Source: Camelus dromedarius (lineage: Eukaryota). From it: a DNA stretch of 64,000 nt. Shown here piece after piece: positions 1 to 8,510 of this stretch. Position numbers and translations under genes: made by a program. Location of the stretch: positions 37,140,001 to 37,204,000 of the forward strand of contig NC_087437.1 in the NCBI RefSeq assembly GCF_036321535.1. Direction: 5' to 3'. The stretch's first letter is position 1. Each line of letters begins with the position of its first letter. The notes beneath the pieces are model-generated. The model was not told the DNA's origin. It saw nothing but the letters and a program-made list of their open reading frames with translations, and searched no databases.

Positions 1-653
1 GCCTATGTAGAATGACTGATGCCCCCTGGAGCTGCGCAGAGCAGCAGGGCTGACTCAAAAACAAAAAGAATGCTGTTTTACCGAAAAATAGCAGGCAAGA
101 CTAAGGAAAAAGAGTAGTAAGAGAGATAATGGTAAGAGAGACAAATGAGGATTGTAAACTCAGTTCCAAAACACGAAGTCTCCTCAGATTTAATCTTTCA
201 CTCAATAATTAGTCACACCAAATGGACACACAACATAGTTCATATGTGCAATTACTCATTTGTTTCTGATAATAAGAGTTTACTATGTTTACTTTTTAGA
301 CCTCCATTCTTTTAGGCAAAACTGAGGTACAGTAATACGTGCCCCATCACACAGATAATAAAAGAGAAGCAGTATCTGGGAGCGTGCAATCTATCTCTAA
401 ACTTTTAAGTAGGATGTTGCACTTACTGGTATGTTGCTTGCAATTACTTCATGACCATGCCATAAAAAGATGGATGTTCTTAACTTATGAAAGTTAAAAC
501 CTATTTGAAGATAAGGTATTTGAATAAAAATCCTATACAAGTGACTTGAAGATTAAACTGTGTTTACCAACATATGTGCTATGGACTGGAATTTCATGTT
601 ATATTCTCCCATTGTCTGTTATGATGAAGCTATGCATTAGCATAGTTTTATAG

Positions 654-876
654 CAATGGTTCTCAGTCGGAACAATTTTGCCCTCGCAAAAAGCATTTGT
701 CAATGAATGGGGACACTTTTGGTTGTCATATCTGGGATGGGTAGGGGATGGCTACTGGCATCAAATGGGCAGACACCAGAAATGATGCTCAACATTCTAA
801 ACCGCAAAGGATAGATCCCCAAATAAAAAAATCATCTGGCCCAAAATGTCAATAGTGCTGAGACTGGGAAACTCTG
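654..876 (+). mobile_element. MER20 (hAT-Charlie DNA transposon), full length
   Basis: Starts caatggttctcag and ends ggcccaaaatgtcaatagtgctgagactgggaaactctg. Flanked by an 8-bp TSD-like pair ttttatag (646-653) / ctttatag (877-884). Confidence 0.9.
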
Positions 877-999
877 CTTTATAGACATGAACAGGGAAAA
901 CAATATATTCAATGCAGTTAATTTCTTCTTGAGAATCTAGATAGTGTTCACACCATGAATAAAGCTTGTAGTAAACCTCTCTTTCTCTCTCTCCTGTGC

Positions 1000-1535
1000 T
1001 GCTCTTACTTTGGCTGCCCAGTATCTGAAAACCCTTTCTGTGTATAGGAAAATTCCCACATTATGATTCTCAGTGAAAAACTAAGAAAGCCTCCAATTGC
1101 AGGAGCTTAAAAATGTCAGCTATTACCTTATCCTTGCACCTAAAATATAGTCATATGGCATTGGCTCAACAGCAGTAAAATAATCCACCCAGACCTTGAA
1201 TTAGTATCTGGTGATGGAAGCAACTGGGGATGGCCAAAATCTGCCTCTGGCAACAGCTACAGGAAGGCCAGCTTCCTGGAGTGATGCAGTAGCAGTGCTA
1301 AGGCCTGGCTGTGCTGCAGTTCAAGCTGATCTTTGGTTCTTGGCAGCTGCAAGGTTTCCATCACCAAAACTGTTATGCAATGTGATTTGGAAGGTTGTTC
1401 CTGGAGTCACAACCTGATTCTGTGGTCCATTCAGAAACTATGAGAGTTGCCCAGAGTCCGCTAATAAATTTGTGTTCTATCTCATTCAGCCAGGATGGGA
1501 TTCAGTTGATTTCAAACACAAAACTCTGATAAAGA
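1000..1535 (+). mobile_element. Old ERVL-class solo LTR (LTR16/LTR33-like)
   Basis: 3' end taataaatttgtgttctatctcattcagccagg...ttcagttgatttcaaacacaaaactctgata resembles LTR16/33 termini. 5' boundary is uncertain. Confidence 0.45.
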
Positions 1536-1829
1536 GCTACTACTTTGTCTTGTTCTACTGGTATCATGATATCTATATCTTGTAAATGCCCATATCTTGA
1601 GAAGATATATGCCAGTGTATATATTCAATTTGACTTTTCCTTCAACTCTTTAATTATATACAAAAACATATAAAGTATGGGTAGAGTTTGTTTTTTTTTT
1701 AAGTAGCAAATCAAACTCATGTACTGTCACCCAGCTTATAAATTAGGGGGAAAAAAACAACGGATGATGTTCTCTGTGCGCCCCTACACATTTGCCCCAT
1801 CTCTCTCCACAAAGAGGTGACCCCATACT

Positions 1830-1970
1830 GAATACATATAATATATACATATATGTGTATGTATATCAGAATATTCTTGTTTATATATATATTCTAGTGT
1901 ATATATTTAAATGTCTATATATTTGATATAATAATATATATATTCTTATATATATGTATACACACACACA
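1830..1970. repeat. Degenerate (TA)n/(CA)n low-complexity tract
   Basis: Runs of tatatata and acacacac. Confidence 0.8.
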
Positions 1971-2569
1971 GATTCTAAGTATATCTGAAAGATGTATTAA
2001 TGACTTTTGAAAGTTAACACAGATAAAACTTCCCCACTGCTATTAATAATAAAAATGGGTTTGGATATTACAATTACATTCAATCTTAAAAACTAATACC
2101 TGTTTTAGTATTAAAATGTAAACTCTTTAATTACAATCCAGAAGTTATAAATCGGAATGTTACTAGGAACTGGCATTTTAAACAAGTTATTAATCTTTTC
2201 TTGTATAGCATTTTCTTTTTTTCACCCAAGTTTTATCTTTTATTATGCATAAGAGATTACAGAAATTTCAAGATTTTTAATAAAGGGCATTGGGTCTTGA
2301 CTTAGTCTAAATCCTGGAAACCTAATGCCATAGGTTTCTTATACTTTGTAAAAGTGAAATTCATCTAAGTGAAACACCTAAACTTTTAAGACAGTATCTG
2401 AATATCTCTCTCCTCTCTTTCCTCTACCCTTTTCTCCTTCCTCCCCTCTCTCCTTTTTGACACCTTCCTTGCAGGCTTTAAACATCCTTAAGGTTCTTAA
2501 TATAAACAATCCCATCAATTTTCTTTTATCTTTTTAATACCCAACATTAAAAAAAAAGTCCACTTTTTC

Positions 2570-2765
2570 TCCCCCTCATTACTTACATTAATTACTCACC
2601 ATATTAGAATCTGCCTTTATTTCTTACAACTGCACTGAAACTGCTCTTGCTAGTAATTACTAGTTATAAAATCCCAAATCCTTTTCTAAAGCCACTACAT
2701 CTTACAGCCATTTTTAGAAAATCTGTTCTTCCTTATATTGTATATCTTTTCTTCCTCCTCTAAAC
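2570..2765 (+). mobile_element. L2 LINE relic, left part (interrupted by the composite insert)
   Basis: aatctgcctttatttcttacaactgcactgaaactgctcttgctag matches the L2 RT-region motif (ccactgaaactgctctt). Confidence 0.65.
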
Positions 2766-2769
2766 AGTT

Positions 2770-2969
2770 TCCTGTTTTTAATTGTATTATTAGTTTCTCT
2801 GATACTGAGTTGTATGAGTTCCTTATATAGTTTGGATTTTAACCCCTTATGGGGCATACAGTTTGCAAATATTTTCTCCTATTCCAGGTTACCTTTTCAA
2901 TCGGTTAATTGTTTCCTTTGTTGTGCAGAAATTTTTTACTTTGATGTAGTCCTACTTGTTTATTTTTGC
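2770..2969 (-). mobile_element. L1 ORF2 3'-region fragment forming the left end of the composite insert
   Basis: gagttgtatgagttccttatatagtttggattttaaccccttat...tttgcaaatattttctcc...tgtgcagaaattttttactttgatgtagtcc is typical antisense L1 ORF2 sequence. Confidence 0.9.
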
Positions 2970-3790
2970 CCTGAGTTGCCAACCAGTCTTTCTCCTGCTG
3001 AAAGCTCAGAGGACAAGGAATGACTGTCGTCATAAAAAATCAGCCACTCTGCCACCATCCTTCACGGTGACATATACAGCTACAGAAAGCACACGAAGCC
3101 CTAGAACAGCCACAGAACTACCAAGAGCCACAGAACCACCACTTGGAACTACAATAGGCACCACTGCCATGAGTCCACAACAGCCACTCACAATCCTGCT
3201 ACCACCAACAGACATGGAAATGCCGCAGTTCATCCACCAAGCAAAAGCACTGCCACCAGCCAAGGATCCTCCACCAGTTCCCCCAATCCAAGCCCACCTC
3301 TACCCTCTTTAAGTCCTAGCCCAGTCCCCAAGGCGCCGATAGGAGACTACACTAGGACTAATGGTTCCCAGCTCTGTGTCCAGCTCCAAGCCCAGACTGA
3401 GATTTGAGTTCTGGACCCAGTCCCAGGTGGAGGAGAGGTAAAGCTAAAAGACAGTGGAGGACATAAGGGGAAGAGGATGAGGCCTCCTGCTATGCTTTAG
3501 AAGGGAAGAAGGAAGAGTAAAGAAGGGGACAAATACAGGGCGAGGAGGAAGGGAACAGAAAACCTTGGATGGCACAGCTGTGGTCTTGTGACCCTCTCAA
3601 TCTTTAACTTCTGCAGGCCTGGGGCATCTCTGTCCTGAACTCCAACAAAATTAAAGTCCAGAGGGGCTATGATGGTGCCCATCCCCACTGCTCCTTTCAT
3701 TCCCCTATGGACAGCTCAGCTTTGGATTCAAGCAGGTACTCAATCCTCATCCCTCACTCCTACCCTCCAAGTACTGTATCCCCACCAATC
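2967..3790 (+). pseudogene. CD68: Unprocessed (intron-containing) CD68/macrosialin pseudogene fragment: intron 1 3' end, exon 2 (3005-3437), intron 2 (3438-3616), exon 3 (3617-3735), start of intron 3
   Basis: Exon 2 translates AQRTRNDCRHKKSATLPPSFTVT..TES (human AQGTGNDCPHKKSATLLPSFTVT..TES). After a frameshift near 3105 it reads SHRTTKSHRTTT..TTATHNPATT..HGNAAVHP.S.STATSQG..SPSP.PK..IGDYT.TNGSQ.CVQLQAQ. Exon 3 reads AWGISVLNSNKIKVQ.G..GAHPH / SFPYGQLSFGFKQ. GT-AG junctions sit at CD68 exon boundaries (aaag|CTC 3004/3005, GAG|gtaaag 3437/3438, tgcag|GCC 3616/3617, CAG|gt 3735/3736). Disabled by frameshifts, an in-frame TGA at 3405-3407 and a 119-nt exon 3. Exon 1 and the downstream exons, including the TM domain, are absent. 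Confidence 0.93.
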
Positions 3791-4926
3791 CTTGTCTCGC
3801 CTCCCTTCCTCCTCTTCTTCTGAGTACCCTGGCTGCTCCAGTTCCCTCTTCCAGTCCAGTGGAGCCACCCATTCCCGCAGCCTTCTTCTTAATCCTCATA
3901 TACAATTACAGGTGAAGTAGGCAGAAATGAGTGGGGGTGGGTCACAGCTGTGTCATTTCCTTTCACAAAGGCTACACCAGCGGCTCCTCGGCAACAAGAA
4001 CTACCTGCGGTATCCAGGGCTAATCAAGAGCCCAGATTAAATCCTTGCCACACCTGCGATGCTCCTAGCTCACCTGCAAAGGGTTTTCATCAACCACGGG
4101 AGCAGTGGTTAGTCTGACCTCCATGTACAATTACTCTCTATGCTCCTGCAAACAACATGCCTCCAAGTCTAGGCCACCCACGAGCCAACCCTGATGTCCT
4201 GGGTGGTAGTGTACCTGGTGATGGTGGCGGTGGTGGGTGGCACCCCCAGGCCAGCCTGTGTTGACTCTAAAAAGGACCTCCCAGACAACCACAGCCTGCA
4301 GAACCAATGAGTACCAGTCCCCTCCACTTCACAGTAGGACAAGATGGAATCCCTGAGGGCCAGAATGGGGCCCTTCCAGTTGGAGGCGCCTTGTAGGGCT
4401 ACAGAAAGCGGCCACCGAGACCCGGAGACCCACCCGTTTGAAGGAAGCCCGCACATGGCAGGGACCCAGCCACTAAACCACCGCCTGGCAGACACCCCAA
4501 ATAATCTTGCCGACTGCGGTGCGGGAGTCACCGAGAGGCATGGTACTCCCACCAAGTGCCCAGCCACCAGAGCAGGATGTCCAGGCCCATCTCCACCGAG
4601 AGGGCCCAGACTTGGTGTCCCGGCACTGGGTGGCAGAGGGCATCATCCCTGCCAGGTAGTCCAAGGTGCCATCTCCCAATGTGAACTGCTGGGCTCCACT
4701 GGTCTTGCCCAAGTCTTGGTCCACAGAGCACGCAGGCACAGAGGGCTGAGAAGGCGGCCTTGGCCCAGAGGTGGTACCTCGGGCCCAGGGAGTGCGAGGG
4801 AACACCGGAGCCCTTGTTTCTGAGGCTGCCAGGGCTGGGCCTGCTGGAGACGCTGCCTTCCCCACATCCCCCTCTTCTACTTCACTGTTCCCACCCAGCA
4901 GTTGATGGTGCACCCTCCACCAAGGC
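3791..4926. other. Unidentified GC-rich, gene-like captured sequence (possibly more than one donor)
   Basis: About 60% GC against an AT-rich background. Patches have coding-like GC3 bias but are broken by stops/frameshifts, e.g. minus strand AQQFTLGDGTLDYLAGMM and VWALSVEMGLDILL, plus strand QRLLGNKNYLRYPG. Parent gene not recognised. Confidence 0.45.
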
Positions 4927-5330
4927 CTGGGCGAACCGGGGGAGGGAGAAGCGTGGGCCCGGAGCCTAGGGAGGGCGGCCGGCGCCTATGGAGGGGGGGC
5001 CGGCTCACACAGCCCCGCTTGAGCATCAGCGCCGTTTCCTCTGCAGAAGCCCAAGAGTACAGGAGATAGAAAGCCACAGCACCCAAACCAAAGCCATTTT
5101 GTAGACTTACCCTCCTTCTCTCTCAACTCGGAACGATGTAAAATCAGCTCCGAGAAGACAGGAGAGCGCTGAGCCGGAGAAGCAGAAGAGAGGCTGGAGG
5201 ATAAATCCTGCCGGCGAAGCGGAAACGGCAACAAGCCGCGAAAGATGGAACTGCGCAGGCGCACAGCTTTGGCGTGCTTTAGAATTCGAGCCACAGGTGT
5301 GGTACGTCTGGGAAACCTAACCTCCGGCAG
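4927..5330 (-). promoter_or_regulatory. CpG-island-like promoter with non-coding first exon and short first intron
   Basis: Roughly 28 CpGs in ~400 bp (hand count). NRF1-type TGCGCAGGCGCA at 5252-5263, ETS-like GCGGAA at ~5219-5224, YY1-like CAAAATGGC (minus, 5093-5101), GC box at ~4973. Minus-strand donor GAGG|GTAAGT at 5111/5110 and acceptor cttctccctcccccggttcgcccag|G at 4927/4926. Confidence 0.75.
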
Positions 5331-5388
5331 GTACCTGTTTTTCTCTCTCCTCTGTTTTATTTACCAACACTCCAGTTCAGGAGTCGTG

Positions 5389-5420
5389 CCAACTTTATTG
5401 AGGTATAATTGACAAATAAT
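5389..5420 (-). mobile_element. Tiny L1 3'-terminal fragment at the right end of the composite insert
   Basis: Minus strand reads attatttgtcaattatacctcaataaagttgg, the terminal motif of L1MA/MB-type elements including AATAAA. Confidence 0.65.
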
Positions 5421-5780
5421 TTAGGCTCCAGTTCACCTCCGTTCCTGGGTTATTTCAATATTGTAGTCTCTTAACAGAACTCCCTATCAGAATTTTCTTC
5501 TTTTAAATCCACATTGCACACCGCCATGTACGTTACCTTTCCAAAACAAAAATATGATATCTCCATGCCCTTTGCTCGTACTCCATTTGACCACTGTACA
5601 AATTGCCATCTCGTAGCTACCCAACATCCCCTCATATAGGCTATGTAAACTTACAGCCCTTGACTAGCCTTTATTCTGTATGCTAAGTGTACCTTCTTTT
5701 ATCTGGAATATTCTTATTTTTCAAAACCAATCCCTAGTCTTTATTGCTATCTACAAAGCAATATAGATTGCATATAACTG
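5421..5780 (+). mobile_element. L2 LINE relic, right part
   Basis: tattgtagtctcttaacagaactccct...aatccacattgcacaccgcc...ctttccaaaacaaaaatatgatatctccatgccc matches the L2 3' region, in the same orientation as the left part. Confidence 0.6.
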
Positions 5781-5849
5781 CAACTCACTTTTTAGATACC
5801 TTTATCACCATCATCACTGTCGTCATTATCATCTGCATCATCATTGCTA

Positions 5850-6045
5850 CCTTTAAAGCATGCATTCATAAAACCATGTTATGCACTCTATACACATTAT
5901 ATTACTATACTAATGTTATATGAGTTGAAAAAACTGAGGGTTAAGAGATTTAAAAACTTACCTAATATTACAAAGTTAGGACGTAGTAAAGACAGCATGA
6001 AATTCAAACTTTTTCTGATTTCACAGTCTGTTATACTGCCTCTAT
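5850..6045 (-). mobile_element. MIR SINE
   Basis: aaaaactgagggttaagagatttaaaaacttacctaatattacaaagttagg core. Confidence 0.7.
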
Positions 6046-6624
6046 GTACAATACCTTTTATGCACTTTCCATATACATTTGTAATTACATATACCATGTA
6101 ATATTGTATCTATTTGTTTATATGTATATCATTTCTCTGTCAGTCATCAGGAATGAATATTCCCTGACAATACAGATGGTAAGATATTTGTGAATATATC
6201 TAAGTCTGTATCTATCTATATGTCTATATATTCTGACACTAGAGCAATATCACATATGAAACATAGAAAATAGAAGCAAAAATTACAAACACATGGGAGG
6301 CATATATGCATATGAAAAACATAAAGAAATAAGTATCTTCAAAATTAATTCCAATCTATTTTAATTAGTTTTGAGGATTTTCTTTTAACTTTACAAATAG
6401 TAGAAACTTTATATAGAAGAAAAATTGAGAGTAATCTCAAAAACATTAATAGAAGAAAAAATAGGTGTTATTCCTATAGGTATTAGAACATGCAATTATA
6501 AACAAGAATAAAGAAAATGTTGATATAATACTAACAAAAATAGATCAGAGAAACAGAAAAATCACCTGACATAGTCACTATTATATAATATAGAGTTTAT
6601 ATTACATAATATATAGTATGTATA

Positions 6625-6945
6625 TCCATCGACAGATGACTGGATAAAGAAGTTGTGGAATATTTATATAAGGAGTACTACTCAGCCATAAAAAACAATA
6701 AAATAAAGTCATTTGCAGCAACGTGGATGGACCTGGAGATTTGCAGATACTAACTGCTATATATAAAACAGATAAACAACAAGTTTCTACTGTATAGCAC
6801 AGGAAACTATATTCAATATCTTGCAGTAATCTGCAATGAAAAAGAATATGAAAAGGGATATATGTATGTATATGGATGACTGAAACATATTGTACACAAG
6901 AAATTGACACACTGTAAACTGACTATACTTCAGAAATAAACAAAT
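6625..6945 (+). mobile_element. 5'-truncated L1 3' end (cetartiodactyl type) with an internal deletion
   Basis: tccatcgacagatgactggataaagaag...tactactcagccataaaa...ctgtatagcacaggaaactatattcaatatcttg...gactatacttcagaaataaa. It sits inside older L1ME-like debris (~6300-7800). Confidence 0.85.
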
Positions 6946-8143
6946 ATTGAGGCAATTCAAATATAGTAAAAATATTTAAAATTTTGCTAAATAAAAAAGT
7001 TTCTGTATATTAAAAATAACAAAATTAAAGTGCCAAATAATCTTGGAGAGAAATAGCAAAGAATGTGATAACAAAGAGGTTGTTTTTATTTTATATATAA
7101 TTTATGAGTGGTGATATCAAAATACTACAGACCCTATGACAAGGACTTGACAAAACATATCAGAATATGGAAGTAAACCAGTTGATAAGCAATTTTCAAC
7201 ATGTCTCAGAATAAAAAATTCAGTTAATGCAACAAGAAGATATTCATCATGTGAAACACTGGAAACATGAATTTGAAACACTCCAGTGTTTGTTTGGTGC
7301 CTTAGTATACTGTTAAAAATGTAATTTGGTAAAGTTCTTCTGAAAGACAAATTAATATTATATGTTTAGAGCCTTAATTTATATATTTTGATCCATTATT
7401 TCCCCTTCTTAAATTTATTGCAGTGAAAGAACTGTAGGCAAAAGTTTATAAGTAAAAATATTAATCTCAGAATTATTCATGATTAAAAAATCAGAAAAAT
7501 ATTAAATTTTTAACAATGTATATATGTAAAATATTGTATCTTAAATAAAAACTGTATGATCATTAAAATATGACTTTAAAAGATAATAAAACATCATGAT
7601 TATAGGCTTATGATACAGAAGTGAACCAACAATAAGGCAGATTACAAAAGCATATTATTCGATGTTAATAAAGTTGTATTGTTTGCATTTGTATACCAAA
7701 TTGAATTACTGTACCTAAATTTTGAGTTTGTTAGTAATTTTGTTGCATCTTTCTATTTCTCTAATTTTTTATAGTGATCATAAAGTATTTTTGTTTTTAT
7801 TAATAGTTTCCCCTAAAATTATATTTTCAAAAAATATTTTTAAAATAAATAAATAAAAATAAAACATAAAAAAATTTCTCTTAAAAATATTTAGACTCTA
7901 ATAAGTAGGATAAAAAGAACTGCATAAAATTTTACAAATACTGTAATGCAACTTTAACAAATAACAGAAATAAAATTTAAAATATAAACTTTTTAAACAT
8001 ACTCTAGAGATGACACAAGGTCTATGCTAATTTGATGTGGTTTTCACATGTTATTCGACTTTCCAAATGTTTTATTTATAATCTAAATAAAATATTAGTA
8101 GTGTATTTTTATATTAAATTTCATAAACATTTCCAAAGATGAT

Positions 8144-8510
8144 GTGTCCTAGTTAGTTCAGGCTGCTATACCAACTTACCAAAGCCTGGGTGACTTAAAC
8201 AACAAACACATATTTTTCACCAGGTCTGGAGGCTGGCAAGTCCAAGATCAAGGTGCCAGCAAATATGGTGTCTGGTCAAGGCCCTCTTTCCGGTTTACTG
8301 ACGGCTACCTTTTCAGTTTATGTTCACATGGCAGAATGGAAACAGATCTTTCTGGGGTCCTTTTTTTTAAGGGCAGTGATCCCATTCATGAGAGCTCCAC
8401 CTTCATGACCTAAGTACCTCTCAAAGGCACTACTTCCTGATAACATCACATTAGGGATTAGAATTTCAACATGTGAATTTTAGGGAGACACAGATTTTCA
8501 GTTCATAATA
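8144..8510 (-). mobile_element. MaLR solo LTR (MLT1A-like)
   Basis: tgtcctagttagttcaggctgctata...ggaggctggcaagtccaagatcaaggtgccagca...aatttcaacatgtgaattttagggagacacag. Confidence 0.85.

Noticed and set aside
2956..3312. 118-aa ORF as a functional mucin-like or CD68 protein
   Set aside because: It starts in L1/intron sequence at a non-ATG codon, matches CD68 only to ~3105 and then goes out of frame. There is no signal-peptide exon.
3791..4926. Assignment of the GC-rich block to CD68 neighbours (SENP3, EIF4A1, MPDU1) or to RUSC1, FITM1/2 or DDN
   Set aside because: Only short, non-collinear resemblances from memory and no sustained match, so no gene symbol is given.
4169..5294. Cluster of 67-159 aa ORFs as real CDSs
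   Set aside because: Long ORFs in many frames are expected at ~60% GC, most lack an ATG, and none gives a recognisable protein.
2770..5420. Helitron-mediated gene capture
   Set aside because: No 5' TC / 3' hairpin-CTRR termini or AT target were seen. Active mammalian Helitrons are known from vespertilionid bats, which does not fit the repeat content here.
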